In this document: positions 1-14,284 of the stretch, in pieces
Layout of the letters: each line of letters begins with the position of its first letter
Position numbering within the stretch: the stretch's first letter is position 1
NCBI RefSeq assembly: GCF_001194135.2
Contig: NC_069005.1
Span: 30,385,484-30,449,483, forward strand
DNA from: Octopus bimaculoides
Lineage: Eukaryota
Direction: 5' to 3'
DNA: 64,000 nucleotides
Made by a program: the position numbers and the translations under genes
The notes under the pieces: generated by a model
What the model was told of the DNA's origin: nothing
The model's input: the letters and a program-made list of their open reading frames with translations, nothing else
Database searches by the model: none

Positions 1-490
1 TGCGTCTAAATCCTAGTGCGAGAGGCGTGCTTCGACACCCATTCCACGCAACTACATTGTGTGGATAATGTAGGTATTGAACTACTAATATAGATTATAA
101 ATTCAAAATCTGCTAGCCATCTAGGATCTTCTACCATATCACCAGAGATAAACGAGTGCGTCAGCTAGTGAAAGAGGAGGGGAGAAAGCTATATGACATT
201 CAAGCCTGGTTATCTGCATGTGTACTTTTATGAACACATTTCAAATAAATCCTTAACTCAGATAGTGTTTAGTCCCGAGTCGGCCCCGAGTAAGCAGACC
301 CATTGTTCGGAGGTGATCGAGTCAAAATCATCCCGTCGTTGTGCATTATCATTCAGTACATTATTCGACGTGTCCTCTGAACTGAGATCGAATAGCCACG
401 TAAGGCTTCCTCGGTTCCAAGTCAGCCCTGATCAAAGATCATCGAGTGATCTACAGGTATCTAATGTATCCCCATTCCATCTCTCTCCTT

Positions 491-527
<37 letters not shown>

Positions 528-652
528 GGGCAGGTGAATGTAAGGTATGCTTGATTGCCATGTGTATGAGATAGCTGGCCGGTACATCCGAGCCCAAAGC
601 AAATCTGCATCGTGAAAAGAAATTGCGTAAAAAAAGACCCAAAAGCCTTGAT

Positions 653-693
653 TTAATTATTCAGGTGATCACGTTGATCACCTGAATAATTAA
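653..693. repeat. Perfect 19-bp inverted repeat with 3-nt loop
   Basis: TTAATTATTCAGGTGATCA-CGT-TGATCACCTGAATAATTAA. Confidence 0.9.
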
Positions 694-1197
694 CCAAAAT
701 AAGAGTCTTAACAGGCTCGTGAGAAAATGGGGGACGCGGGAGGAGGGGCAGGAACAGAGGGGCTAATTGAGGGAGGAGGGAAGGAGAACGAAAGAATAAG
801 AGATATGGCGGGGTGGGGGGCACCACAGAGGTGGAAAGGAGAAAGGGAGGTTATGGACGACGGAAGTGCGGACTTGTTTTAATGTGGGAAACCTAAATGC
901 CGTCATTATAAACTTCCACTGGTGTGTGTGTGTGTGCAATTTAACTTAACGCTTGTGTGTGTAGATGCATGTCTAAACGCGCTTGTATATATATGCACGC
1001 AAACAAACATTCTTTTGGACATCTAGACAATGTGTGTGTGTGTGGAGCCTGTACTTATGCTACCTAAGAACGTGAGCAGTATGATCGTGTATCTAGAAAT
1101 AATCATTTCAAACGAANNNNNNNNNNCCTCAGAAAGAGAGAAAAGAAAAGAAAATGTAGGTGAAAAGAATTGTTCCCCAAGTGCGTAACCACTGCCC

Positions 1198-1232
<35 letters not shown>

Positions 1233-1868
1233 ACTGAACCTTTTAAGGGCATTGCATCATAAACAGCCTGTGCTTTTCTCCACATCACTCTAAAATCAAC
1301 GGGACTGGAAAGGAGATAGATACTGTACAGTAAAACAAATAGAATCCGTTAAGGGGAAATTGACGAAAGCGTAGAATAAAGGGCATAAATTATATGTAGC
1401 GACACAATCGACTATATACACACACACGCACGAACACAAACCATATAGTGCTGAAAGGAAATCTTCACTGGCAGGTAAAGTTTATTTATATACACGAAAA
1501 TGAGCCAGACAGCTAGACTGACGGCAGCAACAGTTATGAAACACCAGCCGCAGATGTCAGATGCGGATACCTAGCAAGCACAGAGGTCGTTATTTACCCT
1601 CCATCTAAGTTACGGGTAGCTTGGTATATAACATACAGGGTTTATTGAAGATCAAGCTGTGTAGAGGAACGAAGGCCTATTGGCTCGTTCATTCAGTTTC
1701 CGTCCACAAAATTCATTCACAAAGCTTTTGATCGGCTTGGGGTTATAGGTGCTGCACAGTGGGACTGAACTACAAACTGCGCGTTTGCATAGCGAGTTTC
1801 CCAACCACACAGTCATGCCTGCAATATATATTTAAAAAAAAAAAAAACCTTTTTCTCACATACACACA

Positions 1869-2062
1869 TAAGGGGGTGCTGAAAGTTCATGACTTTAAGG
1901 GTGTTCCAACCTTCCGCGATCTTTTACAGGGCTTAGAAAAACTGAAGGGCTTCTGCACTAAGTTTGTGAACCTAAAAAGGGGAATATGTTGAATAAAATC
2001 ATAACTGATCCTCCAGTATTTTCTTTTCTAACCCAAAGCCAGGATCTTTTCAGCACCCCTTG
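1869..2062 (+). mobile_element. Internally deleted mariner (second family)
   Basis: Imperfect TIRs AGGGGTGCTGAAA.G.TC.TG.CTTT. Retains the C-terminal GLEKLKGFCTKFVNLK/GEYVE*. Confidence 0.75.
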
Positions 2063-4003
2063 GTGCGTGTGAAGTAAGTCTTAATTTTACATTTGCTAGG
2101 AATTCTTCGAAACAACAGTTTTATCCTCAAACCATTTTCTCATTTTTAACACCTTAATACGACATAAACCAATTAATCGAGCCACTCTTGCTATTAGCTT
2201 TTTTTAAAAACTTTTTCCATATCCATCAAAGTACTTGCCTTTAATCTACCAATATCCTCTGTTCAATAACTCCCCTTAATCTATATCCATAGAATTCCTC
2301 TTTCATTAACCTACCGAAATCCTATATCCCCATTTTATTTTAGCATCCATTTAGCAAAACACACATCACATCGAGTTAAGCACAGTGTCTTCCTGGAAAT
2401 TCTTCCATTTTACTGTCTCGCGCGCACACACACACACACACACACGAACACACGTAGCTACAACGTGACTAATGACGGCTGGTAAACAAACTTCGAACTC
2501 ACTGTCAGCAATTTCCTGACAAACATGAATGTGTGCGCGTGTATACACACACAAATGCAACCTCGTGAGACGTTACAAAAGCATAATTACTGGGGGGGGG
2601 GGGAGTGTTTATATATATAATTAACCAACATTAAATGACGAAGTATATTTTAATAGCTGAGCCTCGACTTGGTAAACATTGCTTAAATACCGTTATATTT
2701 TTGATCTTTTACATGGATTGCGGCCATGCTGGGGTACCCACAGTTTTGAAGTACCGAGTCGAACAAATTCGTCCCTAGTATCTAATTTTTAAGCCTGGTA
2801 CTACTTGGCCTATCGGTAAACGAACCAATACCAGTTGTCAAGCAGTGGGCGGGGGACAGACAACACAAAGATACCTGCAAGAAATAGTAGCCAGCCGTCT
2901 TAGTAAAGGACACTACATGTGCTTCTTGCTTCTATGAACATACGAAAAGATAAAGAAAACGCATTGGGATGGAATGCCTTTGGTTATAGGTCTGCTTAAT
3001 CATGGTTCATCTTGGGATTAAAAAAAAAAATACTCCGCAAGAGTACACCATTTTGGAAAAACCCTTAGACAATACATAGCGCTAACACGCTATCTTAAAG
3101 ATATCATTTAAGATTTGCGTGAGTTGGCAATATATATATTTGACGCACAAATACACACCAGATACTGTTATATCTTCTGCTTGATGTTATAGAGATACTC
3201 AAAAGTGACTGTGATAAGTGACTTCCACCTCCAAAAAGAATCAAAATTTATCAATGAAATCGGGAGACTAGAAGAATTGTAATGAATAATTATGGTAAGA
3301 CTAAGACCAAGAGGAACACAAGCTTTCAGTCAACGTGAGCAAGTTTGTGTTTATGTAGTACTGCATGCATCTGTGTGCAGATTTGGCAACAATATGCTTC
3401 AGAAGCAAGCAATAGCAAATGATTTGAATGGTTGAAAAGCTTAAGATAAATCCGGTTTTGTTGAAAATGCCATTGATATCACTATCTAGTTTTGTTTCTG
3501 CACGTGCTGTACAATAAGGGTGAAAGTACAAATGCACTGTAAACAGCTGTGTGTGTGTGTGTGTGTGTNNNNNNNNNNNNNNNNNNNNNNNNNNNNNNNN
3601 NNNNNNNNNNNNNNNNNNNNNNNNNNNNNNNNNNNNNNNNNNNNNNNNNNNNNNNNNNNNNNNNNNNNNNNNNNNNNNNNNNNNNNNNNNNNNNNNNNNN
3701 NNNNNNNNNNNNNNNNNNNNNNNNNNNNNNNNNNNNNNNNNNNNNNNNNNNNNNNNNNNNNNNNNNNNNNNNNNNNNNNNNNNNNNNNNNNNNNNNNNNN
3801 NNNNNNNNNNNNNNNNNNNNNNNNNNNNNNNNNNNNNNNNNNNNNNNNNNNNNTGTGTGTGTGTGTGTGTGATTGAAAACCAGGAGGTGAGTGGATATTT
3901 ATGTACATCCCAAACTCTTTTACTGAAAAGTTTTCCACAGCATAACAATGACCAACATATGTTTCTACTGCAGCAACTGCACACATTGCTCTGTATGCAA
4001 TTA

Positions 4004-4037
<34 letters not shown>

Positions 4038-5079
4038 CAAATTAAGAGAATGGAGCAGGACTCCTTAACAACAATGTAACCTTCATTTGACTAAGGTATC
4101 TTCGGCCCGATTAGTAGCTAGCGGAGTACCCCTGGTTGAGTAATTATTACTTCTTAGGATTTCCTAGCTAGGAAACATATGTGGCCCAGATTTTACCTGC
4201 TCCAATCCCTCAATTTTGATTTGCATTCATGGCAACTCTAGTTGTTGAGCATGAACTATAAAACAACTTTATTCAGCTTATTAAACTTTGATATGGGAAA
4301 AAACCTATCACCTTCAGCATCAAACTGTTATTGTTCCTGAAAGTTTCTGTCACATCATTCACCTTCTTGGATGTTTCTCTTGAACAGATTGAAACAGGAG
4401 AGAATACTCTTTGGTCTTGCTGGGGACAAAGCAGCCTCTTCTGTGCTGTTGCCATGGATAAAGAAGCTCAAAGTATTAAGTGGTCTTTGACGAGATATTA
4501 AATGAAACAGCTTTTGCTGGCTTCATTGTTTTAAATATATAAAACACACACACACACACGTAATTTGAGCCTGCATCTTCAGTGACACTTCAAACCACAG
4601 TAGATAAAATTATTAATATCAGAACGTACATCTGCATTGTGAACACTAATTTTTAACCATTTTATAAATAAATGTGTGTGCATATCAGGCTATGTGGTTA
4701 AAAAGCTTGCTTCACAACAGTTTTAATTTCAATTCCGCTGTATGGCAACTTGGGTGTGCGTAGTCGAAAACCTTGGATTAATCAATGCCTTGTTAGTGGA
4801 ATTTCATAAATGGAAACTGCACTGAAGCCTGTCGTTTGTGTGCGTGTATGCACGCGCGCACATGTATCATTACACCAACACTTAGGTAGTTGCAATATGT
4901 GTTTTCAATATGCTGCCTTTTCAATTTCTTCACATTTCTTCTCATTCAATTTTTCTAGTCCGTTATGATATGTGGTTTGTACCTGATAAATATGTTTGAG
5001 ATATTCCTCAACATATGAAACTATTAGCATGTATTTAAAGACATGTATCATGTCCTTTAAATAAATAATATACATATCT

Positions 5080-5560
5080 TATTTAACGTTCCTTTTCTCT
5101 CCACACTGGTATGGGTGGGACAATTTGATAGGAAGCAACAAGCCAGAAGGGTTGTGCAGAGCACCAAGGTCTGCTTTGGCATGGTTTCTATCACTGGATG
5201 CCCTTCTCAACACCATCCACTTTATAGCATGTACTTTTTCTTTTATTAATCACTCACACTAATTTTTCACAGATAACCCATTCTTGACATCCATCATGCT
5301 GTTGCCACCAACCATTTCTAGGACCCTCTATCACTTGCTCTTTCTCTTCACTAGCAAGCATGTGGTTGCCATTAGTGTGTCTCTCCCATCACCCTCGTTT
5401 CTTTTATTACACTCTTCCATTGCTCCAAGCATCATCTGTCTACCACTTCTTGCACTTTCCTATTTCCCCTTCATCTTCTACACAGTCACCCCAATTACTA
5501 TCTCACCATACTCTTACCAATCCCTAGTTTATCTCCTGCGACCACCACTTCTACTCATTC
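5080..5560. mobile_element. LINE-tail-like repeat and decayed RT C-terminus
   Basis: The motif TTTGGCATGGTTTCTA..ACTGGATGCCCTT recurs inverted at about 5740-5845. The adjacent minus-strand stretch weakly resembles an RTE 3' end. Confidence 0.35.
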
Positions 5561-6221
5561 TGTAAGTCAATGTTAATTTGAACAACTGGGCAGTGTTGTC
5601 AGTGAGAACTTATTTTGTCTTGTGAGGTACAAGGCAACTTCACCGGTGGAGGTGCCACAATAAAAGTACTCCTTAGAAACCTGACTGACATTTGAACAAA
5701 GAACGTAGATTGAGGTCTTAAAAACATAACTAGTACCAAGTGCCAAACAAAAAAGTGGTCAGTGTTAGGAAAGACACCCAGCCATAGAAACTGATTTGAA
5801 TCATGACAACTCCAACCCATGCCATCATGGAAAGCGAATGTAAAGTGTGTGTGTGTGTAGAGCACGCCAGACTAGAGGAACCTTAGGAGATACAATACCA
5901 AAATTATGTTATATATATTCCCTGCTGGCATAGGGCGAATGAGACTTCTTGAAGTATTCTACAACCAGATGCCTTTCTTGCTGTCAACCCTGAGCGTTTT
6001 CAAGTTAAGGTACTTTATTATTCAACTTATCTTCATATGATAAACCACAACACAAATTCGTACTACAATTGGTACAAATCATGGGCTTCCATACAATTTC
6101 TAATGACTGGATTACTTTTAAGACATTAAGGAGAGTTGCCTCAAGGCACCACAATCCTAAGCTATGCAGTTATAAAGTTTATTTCTTAATCGCATAACCA
6201 TACCTACATCATATTACGTGT

Positions 6222-6223
6222 GT

Positions 6224-6271
<48 letters not shown>

Positions 6272-6408
6272 AAGAGAAAGAGAGAAAGAGAGAAAGAGAG
6301 AGAGAGAGAGAAAGAGAGAAAGAGAGAAAGAGAGAGAGAGAGAGAAAGAGAGAAAGANNNNNNNNNNNNNNNNNNNNNNNNNNNNNNNNNNNNNNNNNNN
6401 NNNNNNNN

Positions 6409-6469
<61 letters not shown>

Positions 6470-6565
6470 TAGAGATAGAGAGAGATAGAGAGAGAAAGAG
6501 AGAGAGAGAGAAAGAGAAAAAGAGAGAAAGAGAGAGAGAGAGAGAAAGAGAGATAAAGAGAGAAT
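6222..6565. repeat. (GA)n/(GAAA) microsatellite
   Basis: Direct reading; contains a gap. Confidence 0.95.
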
Positions 6566-7530
6566 CTCAAGGGACAACCCACTGTGAAACATTTTGGGCA
6601 AATGTCATTTCCTATGACTTCGGCCTCCTAAGTGAACAGAAATTAAAAGGTTGTTAGGTATATTCAACCAGGATAGGACTCCAGGATATACTGTCGTCCC
6701 ACTAATTTTACCTGACAATTATGTTAAGGGTATATGTCTGGAATACACAGCCACCTATGTGTTAATTCAGGTTTAATGAACAATTGTATCCCAACTTTCA
6801 AATGACGGAGAACCATCACCACACACATTTTATATATGTGTGTATATAAGGTGAGCTAGCAGAGAGCTTTTAGCATGCTGGACAAAATGCATAGCAGTAT
6901 TGCATTTGTGTTTATATTCTGGGCTCAGATTCCACTGAAGTCAACTTTGCCTTCCATACTTTTGGGATCACTAAAATAAACACCAGTTAAGGGTCAGTGT
7001 ACTTGCCCCTTCACTAAAAAAACAAAACTGGTGGCTCTGTGCCAGAATTTCAAACCATGAGATTATGTGTTTTGCGTGTGTGTATATATGTGTGAACTGG
7101 TGATTTTGAAATTTGAAAGAAAGACTACTTTTGCAAGTGACATCACCTGAAGAAACAAACATCTTATTTCTGATGTATGTTATTGAAACTTCACCTTACA
7201 TTAATGGCTCGCCTAATTATTAAAAAAAAAAAATTAAAAAAACCCCACACAGACAGAAGTCACTTGTTGCAGGGCCATGCCGCAGGATTGATCTTGGGAC
7301 CATCATGACACAGTGAGAGCGTTCACTTTACCATTGAGCTATCATCTACATCACTAGTTTGCGCTCCCAGCCATTCTCTCCATCTCTTCTTCGGTGCGTC
7401 TTAGTAATTAAAATATTGGCAGTGAGCCACCAATATTCGAAGTGGTCGATTCTTAGAAAGTAAATTGTCAATTCCACTGTATCAAAACAGTACTCCTAGT
7501 ACAGTCATATATATTTCTGTACATACACGA

Positions 7531-7587
<57 letters not shown>

Positions 7588-7939
7588 CAAACATTTATTT
7601 ATACAAATGTTTGTGTATTTGCAAATATGTAGATGCTTGCTTGTGCATGTATGCATACGCTCGTGTGCATGAATGTATGTACACACACATATTCCCATAT
7701 TTTACATAATTGAAACTTAAGAATTTAATCAAACTAAAATCAGACATGCCACATATTTCCTTTTTTTTTGCCAATTACGAGGAAATTAGTTGAGTAGGCA
7801 TCTTCCTTTAGTCACTGTAGAACAGGTTTAAAACAAGCCACTTTGCTCTATTGCAAATAAGATTCAGTTATCTAATTTTTTTTTTAATTTCAGTAATTTT
7901 CTTCAAAAATTTTATTCCAACAGACAGCCTAAAATTAAA

Positions 7940-8600
7940 GTACATTTTTCAACAGGATTTCCTTGCTTCCAGAAATGGAACAAAAAAATTTTTTCAGCCG
8001 AGATACAAGTACCACAGCAACTAAGTCATTAATTCTTCATCATGGAAAACATTATTAAACATGTTTTAGTGATACAAATGAAGCTAGAACTACATAGAAG
8101 ATGCTCCAATGAGACAAATTTCTGATTCTGGAAGATTCCACTACTATGAGAAGCAGTTTAAGAAAGGGACAATATTGTGCTACAACAGCAACTTCGGTCA
8201 ACAGCCCCCAACAGTTGCTTTGAAGGGCAAAGCTTCTCAGTCAGCATGTACTATTTATTCTCAATCTTCTCACCTGATGAGGAAAAACTGTCGTTAGCAT
8301 TTTACTTTCTCTGCTGTCCGTCAAGGAGTTTATTTTTACCTGACAGGTATGCAGACACTTCTCGTCTATTCATACGCTGGCGTCTAATCTCCAGCACAGA
8401 CTGGCGTATACACGTTTCATCATCAGTGAGGATTTCTTTTTCCCTAAGAAGGCATCACCTTCATTGCTATAGTTAGGTACACGTCTGTATCAGATTTCAA
8501 AACGAAATCTCTCTTTGCAACTCCGCATGCTGTTTTGGGACCCACCTTGCGCTAAAACTGTTCTAAAGCCAAGTCTGTATGATGGATGATTTAACGGGTA
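7940..8600 (-). mobile_element. Highly decayed mariner transposase fragment
   Basis: The minus strand gives EILTDDETCIRQS (ITGDETW-like) and a downstream KMLTTVF-like stretch. Many disruptions. Confidence 0.35.
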
Positions 8601-9071
8601 GAAACATTAACTAAATAACATTTGCCTCTTCAATAGCCACCCACCTATTAAACAGAACCATCTCACAGACGGTAGCCAAACTTTTGGTTTCCTCATAATA
8701 TACAACATTTACACAAATATTAAAATTGTCAAACCCTAGCAGTAATACACTGCCCCCTACAAGTACCAAAAGCCTAAAATGGGCAAAAGTTTAATGTTCT
8801 ACCTTCGGTGAACAGAAAATTACTCACTAAACACTGTCCTTCTTTAGAGCAAACAAAATGGAGATGTTCTGTTTAATGTAACAACAAATTAACTGACATC
8901 TCAAGCTCAAAGCCGCATCATAATCATTCGAGATACAATTTCAAATGCAAAACAAACAAATCTCCCATCAACAGCCAATTTTCTTTCCATGAAAATAGCA
9001 CATTATGAATAAAACTTCACCATAAACATACACACAAATCACCTATATAGGCATCGACATATATATATATG

Positions 9072-9128
<57 letters not shown>

Positions 9129-9160
9129 GCATGCATGCACATATACATGCATGCATGTAC

Positions 9161-9260
9161 ATATATACACATGCATGTACATATATACACATGCATGTAC
9201 ATATATACACATGCATGTACATATATACACATGCATGTACATATATACACATGCATGTAC
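9161..9260. repeat. 20-bp minisatellite x5
   Basis: (ATATATACACATGCATGTAC)5. Confidence 0.9.
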
Positions 9261-9477
9261 ATATATATATATGTATTTGTATATATATACATATATAAAA
9301 ATGTATATGCACATTTATATTCGTTTAGTCTGTCACTTATTTCAGTCTTTTGACTGCAGCCATGCTGAAATACTGTCTCATATACACACACACACACACA
9401 CATTCACATGTATAACTCCATACGTGTATATATGTACTCTAAGTGTATACAAGCCTATAGGTTAGTGTGTGTGTATG

Positions 9478-9518
<41 letters not shown>

Positions 9519-10231
9519 GTATGGATATATGTGTATATATATATGCGTTTGCATGCGGATGTGTATATACATGTATACAAACTACCTGCACATACATAGA
9601 CACACTATTCACAAAGTGTACTGTAATGCTACATTAAAAACTGCAACGGTCACATGTACGTGTGTGTGAAAGATTTCAAACAGACAAAATGTAATCAGAA
9701 ACGTATGACCCAAGAACAGCGTTTAAGATATATATATATGCATTTATCAAATGAAAGCAGCGATATGAAGTTAACTGGGTGCCACATCAAGCTAGTTTAG
9801 GGGTCAGTAACGCATCATAAAGATGCCCTAAATGAGAAATTTAATTATGATTTTGTCTAAGATATATTTTGTAGATGGCATCATTTACATGGAGGACCAA
9901 GATCTGTTTGCCCTAAGAACGGCTGGTTCATATAGGTGAAGACAGAGGTTCCACTTTTTTTTATCACCCAACCTTGATAATTCACCTGATTGCAGAAAGA
10001 CAGACACCAGAGACAATTATGTCGAATGTTAACCCTGCAAGACGAAGTAAATTAGGGGCCGAAATTTCAGATAGGTAGACCCTTACATTGCAGGTCCTAA
10101 TTTCGTTTTAAAACAAAAAAGCTTGCCCTAAAATAAAGCTTATAATGTTTATGTGGATTCACTAAAATATAGCATTATTACTTAAGCAACTTCATGATGT
10201 ACTTGTTAAATACAGTCTTGATATACACACC

Positions 10232-10267
<36 letters not shown>

Positions 10268-10272
<5 letters not shown>

Positions 10273-10492
10273 TTGGTGCATAATTATTGCAGCTTTTTTT
10301 TCAACAAGATTTATTCAACTAAAACAACGATATTTAACAAAAACATCTTAAAATGACAGTCTGACCGTCTGCCAAGCAAATGGAAAGCATTAATTGAAGT
10401 AGATGGTAAATATGCTCCGGAATAACCATTTAAAAATGTTTTTGTTAAATAAAATTTGAAAAAACAGCCGCAATAATTATGCACCAACCCAA
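10268..10492 (+). mobile_element. Internally deleted mariner (MITE-like) in (TA)n
   Basis: TIRs GGTTGGTGCATAATTATTGC[A/G]GCT, similar to Hsmar1/MADE1-type ends as I recall them. An inner 15-bp inverted repeat lies at 10332-10346 and 10437-10451. Retains the transposase C-terminus DRLPSKWKALIEVDGKYAPE*. Confidence 0.85.
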
Positions 10493-10715
10493 TATATATA
10501 TATACATACACACACACACCACGTATGTGCGTGTGTGTGTAGTGCGACTACATTCACAAACTTTATTCGTGCCATAGTTTTGTAACATCCATGTATATTC
10601 GTAGAAAGGTTTCTCACCTGTTTAAGAATATTGATTAAATGACAATCGTTAACACTGCAATGCCTATAATATATATTTGTAATTATCGAATTCAGTCAAG
10701 TGAATAAATAACCAT

Positions 10716-11345
10716 TCTTTCTGATATCGGCACAAGGCCTGAAATTTGGTGAAAGGGGTCAAGTCGATTACACCGACCACAGTTGTTCAACTGGTACGTA
10801 TTTAATCGACCCCGAAAGGATGAAAAGCAAAATCGACCTCGGCGGAATTTGAACTCAGAACGAAGTACTAAGCATTTTGCCCAGCGTGCTAACGACTAGG
10901 CCAATTCACAACCTCAATAATAATAATAATAATGCTTTCTACTATGGGCACAAGGCCTGAAATCTTGGGGGAGGGAGTAAGTCGATTATATCGATCCCAG
11001 TACTCAACTGGTACTTATTTAATCGACCCCAAAAGGACGAAAGGCAAAGACGACCTCGGCGGAATTTGAACTCAGATCGTAAAGCCGGACGAAATGCCGC
11101 TAAGGATTTTTGCCCGGCGTGCTAACGATTCTGCCAGCTCGCCGCCTAATGAAAAATAATTTCTGATTAAAGTACAAAACCAGAGGGTCAGTCGATACCA
11201 TCGATCCCCCAGTACTTGATTGGTACTTTATCAAGCCTAAATGGAAGAAAAGGTAAAGTCGACCTCCGCGGAATTTTAACTTAGAATGAAATGAGCCGAA
11301 TGAAATACGACTAAGCATTTTGTCCGACGCTCTGAAGATTCTGCA
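10716..11345 (-). mobile_element. Three tandem copies of tRNA-derived SINE family D
   Basis: Copies at about 10716-10914, 10935-11147 and 11155-11345. Each has the core (plus strand) ATCGACCCCGAAAGGATGAAAGGCAAAGTCGACCTCGGCGGAATTTGAACTCAGAA, with B-box GAGTTCAAATTCC on the minus strand. Confidence 0.88.
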
Positions 11346-12989
11346 AAGAAATTAAACGCAAGTTTATTAATTAGCATCCGACAAAAATTACGTACATCTA
11401 CTTCATTTATTATTTAATCTGATGATTCGTTGATTAAAAGTACAGCATCTCAAAAAGGATTCCGAGTTTTGGATCGACTTTAAACAGCAAGTCATGTTGT
11501 ACAACATAGCGACGAGCCCGTACGCAGAAGCTGCTTTTCATTCGGAGGGCCAACCTACCATGGGTTAACCTAGGGGAGTCATATTAACATATCTATTGCA
11601 GAACCCCCACCCACCCCACGAGCAATACACTGGGCCCTATTAGTATTTGGGAGTAAGTCACAACATACTGACAAGAATTGGGCCCATAGACTCGTGAGAC
11701 TCCAGAGCAGCTGCCCCGTATGCCCAAGCCTGCTCCTCAGTGAAACGTGGTTCACATTTGAGTATCGAACCCGGTCAGCGGGCTTTTGACAGCTTCCACT
11801 AATATTTCAACTACTGGGAGACAGTCCGCAAGTACACTTAGTTACAAACACGGATGCACCTTAAGTATCCATTGCATAAATATAGACACATTATTAGGTC
11901 ATACAATAAGAGATCGTTAGACAAAATTTTTAGTAACCCAATCACCTGTAGTAACCGCCTCCACTCCCCAAAGCTTTTTAATTGAGTCATGACAATTTAT
12001 TTCCCAAACCAGAAAAAACCTTAAGCCATCCTCAATATTTCACATACTTTGTATGCGTGTCTGATATGTAGATCAAATTTAAAGACAAAAAAAAAATCGA
12101 TTTAATGTGTGGGGACGACCTCATTATGATTTGGCGTTTAATTAAGTAAAAATTTTCAACTAAAAATTAAGACTACGTACTACAGAGTAAGTACCAAACC
12201 AACAGAGGGGTTGGGGAGACCCTACACAGCCGTTTGACTTACTAGAAAACGCAACCAAATCTCCTTGAAATAATCTTATACATTATACGCACACGCACAT
12301 AGCTAGGAAGGAGACATTGGAATAAGAGTTTCTGATACAGGCAAGGTGGCCACAGTTGGAACCCCTTTGATCACAAGTCTTTTCGACAAGGACTGGTCCG
12401 GCTTGAGGTTCCTAAACAACACATTCTTGATTCAAGAATGAGCGGCAGGCTCTTATTACGTGGCCGCCTCTGTAAGAAACAACAGTCAAATCTCCCTCAA
12501 TTTCACATTTTTTTCCCCAAGACAAAACACTGAACAGTTTTTGGAGACAGACAATATTGTCTTAAATCGTAATGATTTTTTTCCCCGGTATGAGACAAAT
12601 TAAATACGATAAAATTAAGATTAAAAAAAAACGAAAAAAGGTTTTTATTCCTAAATTGTTTATCGTTTCAGTATGATAAAATATGTTGAAACACTCAACA
12701 CAACCAGAGCGAGGGAAGAAATAATGTGAAATTACATCAGATGGCCCAATCTGATGCTGCGGTATGGCTTTAGAATTCGATGCCATAGCAGAGACATAAG
12801 ATCGAAATTGGTAGAAAAATAGATGAGAGGAAGTGGGGTGGGGGTAGAAGCACAGAGATGAGGAGGAGGAGGAGGAGGCTGAGAGAGGTCCACTGCAGAG
12901 AAAAAGATTTCATCTGATTCTGATAAAATGCTTTTAGCATGACGTTTGGTAAAGAAACAACACCTCAAACATCTGTGCACATTTTGTGC

Positions 12990-13032
<43 letters not shown>

Positions 13033-13153
13033 TATATACATACACACAGAGAGGAGACAGACACCTAGTCATAGAGACTGCCTCCGTACCAGAGGGAGAT
13101 CTCTCTTCTCTCCTCGTGTGTATGTATTCTCCGTCACTACGAAATCTAGCTAA

Positions 13154-13212
<59 letters not shown>

Positions 13213-13669
13213 AATTATACAATCAGAGACCTAATTGTATAGACAAGAGGAAAGAGAGACCGAACTATAAAGATATTAAGGGAAAGATAGAAGGGAGGGA
13301 AGAACAAAGATATATATATCTATATGGATACCTAATCATAGGTACACGGAGAAGCTAAAAAAAAAAGTGTGATCTAACCATAAAGACATACCTTAGCATA
13401 AAAATACTGAGAAAGATTTGAATGATAAAGATCAACTGGAGAGAGAGATGTAAACATTAAAATCATTAGAAAGAGAGAGAGATGTAAATTATGACAGACT
13501 TGTGGTTAAAAAATTGGATATTAATTAATATCAGTTTAATACCAGGTAGCTAGCACATTAAAAGAATCAGGGAGATTCAGAAAAAATATCTGAGATCTCA
13601 AGGATTATTGTATATGTTTATATAAAAATATATAAGAATATATATAAAGGAGGCCACTGGGTGGACTGC

Positions 13670-13736
<67 letters not shown>

Positions 13737-14284
13737 ATAAAAAATATAAAATAACCCACCCTGTCGTTTTGTATGTACTAAAAAAAAAAAAGTGTGCGTG
13801 CGTCGCCACATTTAGGTGAAGATCGAAACCGGATTAATGATGATCTGAGCTCGATGAAAGCAAGACAAGAAATATAAGAGTAATCAAGATTGATAGAATG
13901 AATATTTTATACTAAACACAAGAGAGAAAGAGACCGAGTCTGGTATAGAAATACCAACAACGAAATATCAAAGACACTATTTTTATTTTCAAGTTGCTTA
14001 ATTAGAATGTCGACTGTACAAGCATGTGGACCAATACACACGCACACATGTGTGAATATAACACATACTTTATATATCATATATACACGCACACACGTTT
14101 GATATATAAATATATATATATATACACAGATATGTATATACGTGTGATTTTAGTCAATATTATATTATAAACGAAGCATTAAACACCACACAGAATTTAA
14201 TTAGTCAATGTTTTAAACAGCCATCCACACATCATACAAATATGTCTATATTCTATGTATGTATATATATATATATATATATAT

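Noticed and set aside
193-495. 100-aa ORF at window start
   Set aside because: No recognisable homology, and its 3' third overlaps a degraded family E repeat.
3300-3545. RT-like fragment (TVYSAFVLSPLLY) on the minus strand
   Set aside because: Too short and degraded to call; possibly an RTE remnant.
7100-7170. Good minus-strand acceptor (TTTGTTTCTTCAG|G) as SERCA exon 2 or 3
   Set aside because: The downstream translation (GDVTCKSSLSF) does not resemble ELPAEEG or GKxxxELxxEQF.
12735-12800. Two adjacent hairpins followed by ACA as an H/ACA snoRNA
   Set aside because: There is no H-box hinge, the hairpins are too short, and it is on the strand opposite to the host transcript.
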